In this document: piece after piece, positions 17,569 to 26,392 of the stretch
Numbering within the stretch: the first letter of the stretch is position 1
Layout: every line of letters begins with the position of its first letter
Source of the DNA: a virus
DNA: 64,000 nucleotides
IMG/VR virus record: IMGVR_UViG_3300044630_005137
Span: 1-64,000 of that record
Reading direction: 5' to 3' (one strand)
Position numbers and translations under genes: made by a program
The notes under the pieces: model-generated
Databases searched by the model: none
Told to the model about the DNA's origin: nothing
Seen by the model: only the letters and a program-made list of their open reading frames with translations

Positions 17569-17978
17569 TAGTCTTTATCCCAATCTAGATCAACTGGTTG
17601 CTCTTCTGGCATTGCGCCATCTGGCTTTGCTGCCAAACGAGCTGCTGTTGCATCAATTTCTGCTTCTAATTTTTTATCTGCCTGTGTGTTTTTTGCATCT
17701 ACTTCTTTATTTTGTATCTGTGCTGCCATAATATCTTTAGCGCCTGAGTTACCAATTAGAATTCCTGCAAGTGTTCCTGTAATAAATGTTGCAATGCTAC
17801 CTAGAACATTGAAGAACATTTTGTCATTTTCTGACTGAGCTCCAATAGGTTGTGTTACAAACAACAGCCCATAGATAATTCCAAGAGCTGTCATAAAAAG
17901 AATACTTCCAAGAGTTATTCCTAGAATAAACTTTAATCGAGCATCTAAATCTGCGGGCGTTAGTTTTTGTTTAGCCAT
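17568..17978 (-). CDS. 2-TM membrane protein, candidate holin
   Basis: two TM helices; adjacent to endolysin. Confidence 0.6.
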   Translation of the reverse strand: MAKQKLTPADLDARLKFILGITLGSILFMTALGIIYGLLFVTQPIGAQSENDKMFFNVLGSIATFITGTLAGILIGNSGAKDIMAAQIQNKEVDAKNTQADKKLEAEIDATAARLAAKPDGAMPEEQPVDLDWDKD

Positions 17979-18192
17979 TTGTTATTTCCTGTTCTGGTGT
18001 GTTAGGTGTAATTTTTATTACATCTTTTGTGCAAGTCTGCGTAGCTTCGCATTCTGGAGGATTACATTCTGCAATTTCCCAATTTTTAGGATCTTGGCAT
18101 GGATATCGGTATCTATTTAAAGAGTCTGGTGAACATGCACTTAATGATATCATTAGTAAGCCTGCTAAAGCAATAGAAAATATTTTCCTCAT
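17971..18192 (-). CDS. small Cys-rich lipoprotein
   Basis: MRKIFSIALAGLLMISLSAC lipobox; RYPCQDP..C..PEC..C; TATAAT 6 nt upstream. Confidence 0.75.
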   Translation of the reverse strand: MRKIFSIALAGLLMISLSACSPDSLNRYRYPCQDPKNWEIAECNPPECEATQTCTKDVIKITPNTPEQEITNG

Positions 18193-18206
18193 AGTACAAT
18201 TATACA

Positions 18207-18437
18207 CTATTTATCGTCTTTTCTAAGTGGTATAGTTATTAGCCAAATTACAGTAGTTATTAATACTGCAATTCCAACAATATCTCTAGCTGAGCCCGTC
18301 AAAGTTAGCCATGCTATAAAGAAGCCTAAGAGGGTGAATGCCTGGGCAATTAGCTCCATTCCCGCGTCTTTGAACCATTTAGCCAAGCCCTTAATTGCCT
18401 TGCCTGTAAGATTAAACATCTTTTTGATTATCTTCAT
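18207..18437 (-). CDS. 2-TM membrane protein
   Basis: QAFTLLGFFIAW..DIVGIA. Confidence 0.7.
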   Translation of the reverse strand: MKIIKKMFNLTGKAIKGLAKWFKDAGMELIAQAFTLLGFFIAWLTLTGSARDIVGIAVLITTVIWLITIPLRKDDK

Positions 18438-20635
18438 TTGTTCCTCCTTATCATTGCCCCTGCAATTTGTGATGCAATGACCACTGGGACAATTACTTCC
18501 TGCGCTTTTTCTCTTTGATCATCTGTCATATCCATACCTAACTCAGAGAAATTAGATAGCAGTTCTACTGGGTCCACCGCAAATACCGCTCCAAGTGGGT
18601 CTGCTAAGAATGCTTCTGTTTGTACTTCTGTTACTGCATCTGCTAATGTAAATGGCATTGGAGTTTCTCCTGCCTCCGCCTCTCTATCTGTAAACTCAAC
18701 GAATGCTTCTGCCAGTGCTGGGTTAGACTTCATCTGCTCAGCAATTTGTGCAACCTCTGAAGGCTTAATCCCAAGGTCTTCTGCAACCTCAGCCTTTGCT
18801 TCTTGAGTCAAGGCTCTAAGTGTTTGGCTAACTGCTGTTACTTGTTCAGGGGAAAGAGTAACTAACTTATTATCCTTGCTTGTAAGGTTAGCAATAACTC
18901 CAGATAAATCTTCTACTGTTCCTGTACCCTTTTCAGGAATAAGTTCTGCTAAAACCTCATCTTTAACTTCTACATCTGGCTCAGTCCATGGGTTTTCTTC
19001 AGGCTCAGGATCTGGTCCTGGTTCTGGTGAGGGTTCAGGCGTAGGCTCTTCTGTGGGTTCCTCAGTAGGCTCTGTAGTTGGTTCTGTAGTTGGTTCTGGG
19101 TCTGGTGTAGGTTCTACTGTAGGTTCAGGAGTTGGTTCCTCTGTAGGCTCTGCTGTAGGCTCAGTAGATGGCTTTGGTGTAGGAGTGGGCTTTGGCGTAG
19201 GAGTGGGCTTTGGTTCCTCAGTAGACTCTTCTGTAGGCTCAGGGCTTGGCTCCTCTGTTGGCTCACCTGTAGGTTCCTCTGTAGGCTTTGGAGATGGATC
19301 ATCTGTAGGTTCATCTGTAGGTTCAGTACTTGGTTCTGGGGTAGGTTCTGGAGTTGGTTCTGGAGTTGGTTCTGGAGTAGGCTGATTGGCTGCAGCGTTA
19401 GCTGCTGCCTGAGCAATAGCAGACTGAATCTCTCTTTGTAATTGTTCTTCATAGTAACGCCATGCGTTATCAATCGCAATATTAAGATTATTTATTGACT
19501 GCTCGTATGCATCTTCAGCATTATTTTTATTTTGCAATGCAGTGGCAACATTTAAAACTGAGTTGTTATATTCATTTGTTTTATTAGTTAGTGTTTGATT
19601 GTAACCATTTAATGTTGAAACTGCTTGATTATAAACATTTAGTTTGTCATTATATACATCTTGTGCTGAGTTCTTTGCAGCAAGTGCGTTGTTGTAGGCG
19701 TTTGTTTGTTCTTGAGTTGCTCCAGATCCATGAGAAAATGTATTAAGATTGCAACTAAAGTCTTGTCCCCATACTCTTGGGTTGCCAGCATAGTCACAAC
19801 CTGCACCAGTCCATCCTCCAGGGATAGCCCAGCCAAGATGATAAGATCCAGGTCCTCCACCGTTGTACCACCAAATCTCTACATCAAATGTTTTGTTTGT
19901 AGTTACATCATATACAGGAGAGTAATTACTCCAAGTTGTTCCTTGCTCTACCCAGTTGTCTATGGCCAATGATCCGTCAATATACATTCTAAAACCATCA
20001 TCTGTATAACCAGCAAAGTAGGTTTGAGTAAACCATGACGGTACTGTTATTTTTCCAGTAAATTTAACTATAAAGTTTTCATATCTATTACCACAAACTG
20101 GGCGAGTCATATAGTTTCCATTTAGTGTTCCACTACATAAGAATTCATCTGTGGCTGCAAGTCCATTAACCCTAATTAAACTATAAACATCATATGCCAG
20201 ACCAGCAGAACCAGCACTGTCTAATGCTTGCTGAGCGTTTGACAGATTGATGTTTGCTACTCCAAGGGCATCGTAGGCATCATTCTTATTGTCTAAAGCA
20301 GTGGCTACTGTTACTGTTTGTCCGTCTACTGCTGATTGGGCTAAGTCTTTTTCTTCAAGTGCTGTGGTTTCTGCGTCAAGGGAGTCATCATATAGGACAG
20401 AGGTTTGTGTCCTGGCTTCTTCTGCAGATACGGCAAGATCATATTTGTCTTCTGCTTCTTGGATTAAGGATATAAATTCATCCTTGTAACCAAGGTCGTC
20501 AACGCTATTGTTTAGCTCTTCAATTTCTTGAGCTGCTAAGCTTAGTGGATCATCAGAATAAGCGGGTGACATAAAGAGCCAACCAAATGCAAGCATTGTG
20601 GCTGCTGTTATTCTAAATAATTTATTCCTTGTCAA
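18434..20635 (-). CDS. surface protein: signal peptide, coiled coil, PA14 domain, Pro/Glu/Thr-rich linker, C-terminal hydrophobic tail
   Basis: FTGKI..YTDDGFRMYIDG..IDNW..WYNGGG (PA14); EPTP repeats. Confidence 0.85.
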   Translation of the reverse strand: MTRNKLFRITAATMLAFGWLFMSPAYSDDPLSLAAQEIEELNNSVDDLGYKDEFISLIQEAEDKYDLAVSAEEARTQTSVLYDDSLDAETTALEEKDLAQSAVDGQTVTVATALDNKNDAYDALGVANINLSNAQQALDSAGSAGLAYDVYSLIRVNGLAATDEFLCSGTLNGNYMTRPVCGNRYENFIVKFTGKITVPSWFTQTYFAGYTDDGFRMYIDGSLAIDNWVEQGTTWSNYSPVYDVTTNKTFDVEIWWYNGGGPGSYHLGWAIPGGWTGAGCDYAGNPRVWGQDFSCNLNTFSHGSGATQEQTNAYNNALAAKNSAQDVYNDKLNVYNQAVSTLNGYNQTLTNKTNEYNNSVLNVATALQNKNNAEDAYEQSINNLNIAIDNAWRYYEEQLQREIQSAIAQAAANAAANQPTPEPTPEPTPEPTPEPSTEPTDEPTDDPSPKPTEEPTGEPTEEPSPEPTEESTEEPKPTPTPKPTPTPKPSTEPTAEPTEEPTPEPTVEPTPDPEPTTEPTTEPTEEPTEEPTPEPSPEPGPDPEPEENPWTEPDVEVKDEVLAELIPEKGTGTVEDLSGVIANLTSKDNKLVTLSPEQVTAVSQTLRALTQEAKAEVAEDLGIKPSEVAQIAEQMKSNPALAEAFVEFTDREAEAGETPMPFTLADAVTEVQTEAFLADPLGAVFAVDPVELLSNFSELGMDMTDDQREKAQEVIVPVVIASQIAGAMIRRNK
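18985..19385 (-). repeat. degenerate 12-bp repeat encoding EPTP/EPTE/KPTP
   Basis: visible in translation; synonymous codons diverged. Confidence 0.85.
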
Positions 20636-20686
20636 GTAGGGCCCCTAAGTAAACAATATGTCTACATAGTAATTATACCACTTTAA

Positions 20687-20875
20687 CTATTTAGGATTAT
20701 CTGTTTTGTAAAAGCCATTACCTTTAAACTGTATACCAAAAGGCGTAAAGTGTCTCATCATATCGGATTCACATTCAACACATGTATATCCTGGATCATT
20801 ATCTGTAATTGATCTATTAATTGACATCAGTGGGTGTGCTTCATCATATGAGCACTTGTATTCGTAAACTGGCAT
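20687..20875 (-). CDS. FmdB-family zinc-ribbon protein
   Basis: MPVYEYKC..CVEC..FKGNGFYKTD. Confidence 0.9.
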   Translation of the reverse strand: MPVYEYKCSYDEAHPLMSINRSITDNDPGYTCVECESDMMRHFTPFGIQFKGNGFYKTDNPK

Positions 20876-20894
20876 TAATATCCCTTAATATTAG

Positions 20895-20921
20895 TGGGCA
20901 GTTTTAGGACATACCCAGGTC
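20895..20921 (-). ncRNA. possible compact H-type pseudoknot RNA element
   Basis: GAC-CTGGGTAT-GTC-CTAAAAC-TGCCCA: GAC/GTC stem, and loop TGGGTA pairs with TGCCCA. Confidence 0.4.
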
Positions 20922-20929
20922 TCATTTTG

Positions 20930-21346
20930 TTATTTAATTTTTAGGACTTTTGGTTGCTTTTCCTTTGGGATGTTTCTTACTACATTAATGTGTAGCATTC
21001 CATCCTTCAGCTCGACATTGGATACTTCCATGTATTCACTAAGCTCAAAGATTCTTGTAAACTTACGTGCAGCTATTCCTTTATGAACAACTTCTGCGTC
21101 TATTACCTCTTTGATTTCACCTGTAATCCATAGACTTCCGTCTTCAATAGATACAGTTAGATTATCTCTTGTGAATCCAGCAACTGCTAGTGACAGCTGA
21201 TAGTTATCCTCGTCAAGCTTTAGCAAATCATACGGCGGGAATGCTGTATTGTTTACTTTACTTAGACTGTTAAATCGTTCCAACTCTCGGTTGAAACCAA
21301 TAAAAAATGGATCCTTGAAAAGATCCATGGCGAAATTTGTTACCAT
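20930..21346 (-). CDS. small heat-shock protein Hsp20 (IbpA-like)
   Basis: FPPYD, LAVAGF, HKGIAARKFTRIFEL, LKDGML; start MVTNF with AGGAG RBS. Confidence 0.95.
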   Translation of the reverse strand: MVTNFAMDLFKDPFFIGFNRELERFNSLSKVNNTAFPPYDLLKLDEDNYQLSLAVAGFTRDNLTVSIEDGSLWITGEIKEVIDAEVVHKGIAARKFTRIFELSEYMEVSNVELKDGMLHINVVRNIPKEKQPKVLKIK

Positions 21347-21351
21347 TTTTG

Positions 21352-21395
21352 CTCCTTTTAAGCGAGTTAAATTAGTGACCCCATTTGGCGGACAC
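21352..21395 (-). promoter_or_regulatory. structured hsp20 5'UTR, ROSE-like thermometer candidate
   Basis: CUC(G)CU pairs with SD AGGAG leaving a bulged G; upstream hairpin; promoter TTGCAA-18-TATAAT at 21402-21431. Confidence 0.5.
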
Positions 21396-21432
21396 CAATA
21401 TATTATATCATTTTGCAAACTATAATTGCAAG

Positions 21433-21840
21433 TTATTTTTTAGATTTAGCCCTAGCTCTTGCCAATTCATCAAAGTCTTTAACCTTTGTTTCTCCCATAT
21501 AACCCCAGGCATGACCATCTTCAATCATCTTTTGATTAATAGATTTATCTGATCCGTCCAAAAATACCCATCCTAAAATACGACCATATTTTTCTGATGA
21601 GTCCATCTTTTCTGTTTTAATAACAACAGTTTTAGCTGAGTCAATTGCATTCTTTAAGTATGCTTTGGCTTCAAGGCCCAATGCTTTTTCCATTTTATCT
21701 GTAGTACGGCTTTCTGGGGTGTCTATACCAGCCAGTCTTACCCTTGAAGTAAATGATATATCAAATCCAAGATCGATATCTACATCAATAGTATCCCCAT
21801 CTACAACCTTGCTTACTTTCTTTACATAATATTCAAACAT
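21433..21840 (-). CDS. thermonuclease (SNase-like) family nuclease
   Basis: VVDGDTI, RVRLAGIDTPE, KYGRILG. Confidence 0.9.
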   Translation of the reverse strand: MFEYYVKKVSKVVDGDTIDVDIDLGFDISFTSRVRLAGIDTPESRTTDKMEKALGLEAKAYLKNAIDSAKTVVIKTEKMDSSEKYGRILGWVFLDGSDKSINQKMIEDGHAWGYMGETKVKDFDELARARAKSKK

Positions 21841-21850
21841 ATAGTCCTCC

Positions 21851-22135
21851 TTAGACCCAATACTTAATTATAGCAGCTGCGGCGAGCAAAGACCACAGTA
21901 TGTTAAACCAAATAATTGTTGGCAATGTTTTGACTGTTGATGACCAAATAAGCGATAGGCTTGTTATCAAAGCAATAATATAAAGCCACCATATCTGTGT
22001 ATTAAATAAAAGGCCTGGAATAATAATTGCTGCTTTTGTCATAAAAGCAAAGAACTCTACAGTATTAGGCTTATTCCAATAAGACTTATTGCCCATGCTA
22101 CGAAGGGCGAGTATCCATTGTGTTCTAAATTTCAT
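21851..22135 (-). CDS. small multi-TM membrane protein
   Basis: hydrophobic; KTLPTIIWFN. Confidence 0.7.
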   Translation of the reverse strand: MKFRTQWILALRSMGNKSYWNKPNTVEFFAFMTKAAIIIPGLLFNTQIWWLYIIALITSLSLIWSSTVKTLPTIIWFNILWSLLAAAAIIKYWV

Positions 22136-23655
22136 TTAAGCCCATCCAAAAATTCTCTATGGCTCACACATTCTGAAACCTTGTGATTACGATATGTACT
22201 ATAGTAGTCATACAAATCAATAGCCTTTTTGTACTCATTATAAATTTCTACGTATTCTTTGGCAAGTTCTTTATTTATTTTGTCTATAGCAGATCCTACC
22301 ACAAACCAGCTCTTGGACTTCCAATACTCTCCATTGTCTAGTTTCCCTGGCATTCTGCTTTCCCAAATTTTTATCTTATTCCTTAGTTCTTCTGGGGCGT
22401 TTTCATAAGAAAATTTTTCCCAAAATGGTGTGTCTTTCCTTAAAGACATGTAGTGAAAGTATATAAAGTTAAGTATATCGTCATTCATTCTTACAATCTT
22501 TTTATTAAACTCATCTCTTATTTGCTGAGTGTTGCTAACAAATAGGCTTGGTGCGCCAAATATTTCTGTCAGCTGAACCATGCTGACCCAAAGAGAAGTT
22601 GCCTCTAGGGGCTCTACAAAGTTTGCTGCAAGCCCAACGGCAACACAGTTGTTTTGCCAAGGCTCTTCGAATGACCCTGGACTAAAACTAAATCCGCCTT
22701 TATCTTTTCTTGGATATGTTGGAACAAATCCTAGTAATTCTTCTATCTCTTCAATGGCAGATTGCTCTGATATTAAAGAAGAGTCATACACATAGCCACA
22801 GCCAAACCTTGATTGCAATGGGATTTTCCACATCCAACCATATTTCATTGCAATTGCTTCTGTGTATGGAGGAATTGTATCTGTCATTTCAATAAAAAAT
22901 GGGACGGCAGAGTTTGTTGGCAAAAATTCTTTATAGCTTTTCCATTTTGAGTTAAATGTTTTTCCAATAATAAGCCTATGAAATCCACTGCAATCAAAAA
23001 CAAAATCGGAAGGAATGCTATTTCCGTTATCAAGATCTAAGCTTGTTACATTGCTTGACTCATCTAAAGACACTTTGATTATTGTATCTTCAAAAACTTT
23101 AATTCCTCTTTCTATTCCTATCTCTTTAAGCCTTGCTGCAAGTTTTGTAGCATTAAAATGAAAAGAAACAAGACCTATCTGTTTATAGTCTGATATAGAT
23201 TTTCCATCTTTATTTTTTTCAATAATGAAAGGAACTTTGTTATTTTCTGAAACTATTTCTGTAAAGTCTACATTTTTTAAGCTATTGTTTAGTGCAATAC
23301 TTGAAACAAGGATGGGGCTTGAAGACAAAAACATAGAAGAAAGTCCTTCTGTTCCAACAGTTGGGTCTGTAAAGTCAAATCCGTGGTAGTAAAAATCATC
23401 TTGGTTGTTCCATCTAGTAAACTTAATTCCATTTTTTATAGTTAAATCACAATTTTTTACTAAATCCTCTACCCCTATATCCAATGTTTTTAAGAATGCA
23501 GGAAGATACGGAGTAGATCCTTCTCCTGCACCAAGTATGCCAATATCTTTTGATTCTATGACAGTAACATTTAGTTTTGGATAATTCTTCTTTGCTGTTA
23601 AAGCAGTAAGCCAGCCAGCACTACCTCCACCAACAACAACTATATTTTTTGACAT
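22132..23655 (-). CDS. flavin-dependent (tryptophan-halogenase family) halogenase
   Basis: GGGSAGW, GAGEGS, TIKNGIKF (catalytic Lys), DCSGF, GWMWKIPL, FVEPLEATS. Confidence 0.9.
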   Translation of the reverse strand: MSKNIVVVGGGSAGWLTALTAKKNYPKLNVTVIESKDIGILGAGEGSTPYLPAFLKTLDIGVEDLVKNCDLTIKNGIKFTRWNNQDDFYYHGFDFTDPTVGTEGLSSMFLSSSPILVSSIALNNSLKNVDFTEIVSENNKVPFIIEKNKDGKSISDYKQIGLVSFHFNATKLAARLKEIGIERGIKVFEDTIIKVSLDESSNVTSLDLDNGNSIPSDFVFDCSGFHRLIIGKTFNSKWKSYKEFLPTNSAVPFFIEMTDTIPPYTEAIAMKYGWMWKIPLQSRFGCGYVYDSSLISEQSAIEEIEELLGFVPTYPRKDKGGFSFSPGSFEEPWQNNCVAVGLAANFVEPLEATSLWVSMVQLTEIFGAPSLFVSNTQQIRDEFNKKIVRMNDDILNFIYFHYMSLRKDTPFWEKFSYENAPEELRNKIKIWESRMPGKLDNGEYWKSKSWFVVGSAIDKINKELAKEYVEIYNEYKKAIDLYDYYSTYRNHKVSECVSHREFLDGLK

Positions 23656-23701
23656 TATTTTCTACCCCATCGACTTAATAAGTATATCAGATTAAAATAA
23701 A

Positions 23702-24853
23702 TTAATCCAGGCCCATCTTGCCCTTTGCTATTTTTAATGAGTCCATATCTGGGGCTCCCCAATAACCCAAATACTTGCCAGAAAAAATATCTTCACATCT
23801 TTTTTTAGAGTTAATTAAAATTGATCCATAAAGTCTTTGCCCTGATTTTGATTTTGATTCAAAGTCTCTCCAGTTACTATCTGTATCTAAAGACTTTACC
23901 CTTCCAGGCTCGCCAACAACATCTTTTAGTCCATATTCATCTGACTTATTTAAAGATCCAAGTACTGGTTTTTTTACAGAGAATATTCTGTATCCTCTAG
24001 ATAGCAGCCTTAAACTATAATTTGTTTGATCCCCACTAAAACTATCCTGGGGATCATGCATGATATCCCTTAACATTGAATATTCTCCAAACATAAATGA
24101 TGCATGTACGCAATTTGTTTCCTTATAATCTTTATCATCAAAACCCTCGCCACCAATAACAATTGGAACACCTATATTTTCAGATAAAAATGTTGATCCG
24201 CTATGACTTGGTGCCCAGCCATTTAATGATATCTTAGGAATGCCATTAAAAAAATCAAAATTTAGATTATTGTAATTATTCTCGTAAGGATTTAAAAATT
24301 TAATACCATTCTCATTTAGTAACTCTTGATAGCTATACACATCATTTCTATTTTTGGGGTCATATGTCCAGATGATTCCTGGAATGCAGCTCAATATGAT
24401 ACTATCAATCTCTTCTTCTCGCTTAATTGTGTTGTAATTTTCTATTATTATTTTATCCCAATCATTAGAAAATATTGTGTGGGCATCAATTTGAAAAAAA
24501 TAATCATATCTTTCTTCTGAAGATAAAAGAGCTGCGTTAAATCTTCCATGACCGACCCCCATAGGAACACTAGTTGTCAATTCTGCATAAACTATTTGTT
24601 CATTATTAGTAAAAAATGGATTTGAAAGCATGGAAAGATCTTCTTTTGATTTAAAAGATTTATCTCTATTTGCATCCCAATATGATACTAAATTTTTGTC
24701 TAATATGTTGTTAAAAACTCCAAAGTATAAACGATTTGGATTACTGGCTAAAGACATTGCACTTCTTATAGTCTGCTCTAAAAAAAATTCTCCGCATGCA
24801 GCTATAGTTATAAAAATTGTTTTTTCATCATCATGATTAGTTATGGTATTCAT
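23702..24853 (-). CDS. GT60/Gnt1-like glycosyltransferase (Skp1-hydroxyproline GlcNAc-transferase-like, Pfam GlcNAc)
   Basis: TIFITIAA, LEQTIRSA..ASNPNRLYFGV, GVGHGR, YFFQIDAHTIFSNDWD, FSGDQ..SLRLLSRGY; start MNTITNH. Confidence 0.8.
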   Translation of the reverse strand: MNTITNHDDEKTIFITIAACGEFFLEQTIRSAMSLASNPNRLYFGVFNNILDKNLVSYWDANRDKSFKSKEDLSMLSNPFFTNNEQIVYAELTTSVPMGVGHGRFNAALLSSEERYDYFFQIDAHTIFSNDWDKIIIENYNTIKREEEIDSIILSCIPGIIWTYDPKNRNDVYSYQELLNENGIKFLNPYENNYNNLNFDFFNGIPKISLNGWAPSHSGSTFLSENIGVPIVIGGEGFDDKDYKETNCVHASFMFGEYSMLRDIMHDPQDSFSGDQTNYSLRLLSRGYRIFSVKKPVLGSLNKSDEYGLKDVVGEPGRVKSLDTDSNWRDFESKSKSGQRLYGSILINSKKRCEDIFSGKYLGYWGAPDMDSLKIAKGKMGLD

Positions 24854-24854
24854 T

Positions 24855-25523
24855 TTATCCCTGTGCCGCGTTTGACGGGGATATCTCAATAAGATCAATA
24901 TTACATCTCTGAGGCAATTTACTTACCCACAATATAGCATTTGCTATATCTTCTGCTTCCAATGCCCCATGATTATGCTGGTGGGTATTAATTGCTGCTG
25001 GACATACCTCTGTAACCTTTACCTTAAAATGAGATAGCTCTAGCCTAAATAATTTTGCAAGTCCAGATATTGATAGCTTTGAGGTCGCATAGTTTCCTCC
25101 ACCATCATAGAAATGTTTTTTTGCAAATGAAGATATAAAAATAATGGTGGCATTTTCAGATTTTTTAAGGTTTGGTATAAAAAGTTTTGACAAATACATT
25201 GGGCCAGCAACATTAACCATATATGAATGCATAAAGTTATCAGTAGTTTCATTGCTCAGCGCTTTAGCCCCATCTAAGCCAGCACAGGAAGCATTATTTA
25301 CAATTAGGTCTATTGTTTCATCTTTATATCTGTTATAAAAATTATTAATGCTTGTCTCATCTGATAGGTCCAAGTGTTCAATTTTTACATTTTCAATGCT
25401 TAGATTAGTTATTCCTTCTGGATGTCTTGATGTTCCAATTACAAGGTATCCGTTATTAGATAGTGTATAAGCTAATAGGTTACCTACCCCACCGCTTACT
25501 CCCGTAATGATTGCTTTTTTCAT
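24855..25523 (-). CDS. short-chain dehydrogenase/reductase
   Basis: ITGVSGGVG, NNA, S..YATSK. Confidence 0.9.
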   Translation of the reverse strand: MKKAIITGVSGGVGNLLAYTLSNNGYLVIGTSRHPEGITNLSIENVKIEHLDLSDETSINNFYNRYKDETIDLIVNNASCAGLDGAKALSNETTDNFMHSYMVNVAGPMYLSKLFIPNLKKSENATIIFISSFAKKHFYDGGGNYATSKLSISGLAKLFRLELSHFKVKVTEVCPAAINTHQHNHGALEAEDIANAILWVSKLPQRCNIDLIEISPSNAAQG

Positions 25524-25542
25524 AACACCCTCCAATTTTTTG

Positions 25543-25615
25543 TGTCCCCAGATGGTATCGAACCATCGACCCGCAGATTAAAAGTCTGCTGCTCTACCAG
25601 CTGAGCTATAGGAAC
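25543..25615 (-). tRNA. tRNA-Lys(UUU)
   Basis: full cloverleaf; anticodon loop CTTTTAA; GTTCGAT T-loop; CCA not encoded. Confidence 0.95.
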
Positions 25616-25619
25616 ATAG

Positions 25620-25691
25620 TACCCCTGGCTGGAATCGAACCAGCGGCCAACAGATTAGAAGTCTGTTGCTCTTCCTCTGAGCTACAGAGGT
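25620..25691 (-). tRNA. tRNA-Arg(UCU)
   Basis: full cloverleaf; anticodon loop CTTCTAA; acceptor ACCTCTG/CAGGGGT. Confidence 0.95.
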
Positions 25692-25708
25692 ATAATTAAA
25701 TTATACTA

Positions 25709-26047
25709 TTAAAAATCAAAATCTTCAATAGCCTCTAATGGAATTATTCCCTTTTGCTTTGCTATATTATATCCTTCTTCTGTAAAGTTATATGTTACCC
25801 GAAGATTTTCATCATACTCAACCTGCATTAAATCACTATTTAATAGATCTATTAGTTCGGATTCTACATAATGCTCATGAGCTTCCCACAAATCTGGTGC
25901 AAGTAATGGAGTTACATTTTCATTTAACTCAAAAATTGCTTCTCCGTCTTTTGAGAATCCAACAATTTTAATTGCACCAATATCTAGATAGTGCTGAATC
26001 TTAATCATTAGATCTTCTTCATCTTCTTCATCAAATGGTTTTGACAT
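25709..26047 (-). CDS. acidic hypothetical protein (start MSKPFDE)
   Basis: GAAAGGT RBS; longer start would overlap the tRNA. Confidence 0.75.
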   Translation of the reverse strand: MSKPFDEEDEEDLMIKIQHYLDIGAIKIVGFSKDGEAIFELNENVTPLLAPDLWEAHEHYVESELIDLLNSDLMQVEYDENLRVTYNFTEEGYNIAKQKGIIPLEAIEDFDF

Positions 26048-26060
26048 TGCTACCTTTCTG

Positions 26061-26134
26061 TGCAACAAGTAGGACTTGAACCTACGATTACCGAATTATG
26101 AGTTCGGGGCTTTAACCAACTAAGCTATTGTTGC
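26061..26134 (-). tRNA. tRNA-CAU, probably Ile2 (lysidine) rather than Met
   Basis: cloverleaf; loop CTCATAA; lacks initiator GGG/CCC stem; resembles trnI-CAU-type sequences; promoter TTGACA-18-TATAAT at 26143-26172. Confidence 0.85.
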
Positions 26135-26152
26135 TTAGCCTAATTATATTAT

Positions 26153-26392
26153 TTAGTTACCGATTTTGTCAATAGACTGCTCTACTATTTGTTGAACATA
26201 CTCTGAAAAATGTTTTCTTATGCTGCCAGGCGGTCTTTTGCCAATATCAGACCACACTCTTTTATATTCATGAATGTTGTCAAATGTTGTTGGGCATACA
26301 AGTATGCCATCATAATCCTTTAGTCTTGTTGGCAAAGGGACGTGCTTGCTACAGCACTTGCACTCTTTAGCTTTTTCTTGATATATACTCAT
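26153..26392 (-). CDS. hypothetical protein
   Basis: CKCC.KHVPLP..CPTT. Confidence 0.7.
   Translation of the reverse strand: MSIYQEKAKECKCCSKHVPLPTRLKDYDGILVCPTTFDNIHEYKRVWSDIGKRPPGSIRKHFSEYVQQIVEQSIDKIGN

Noticed and set aside
18876-19479. Gly/Ser/Val-rich and Leu/Gln-rich ORFs
   Set aside because: Other frames of the EPTP repeat
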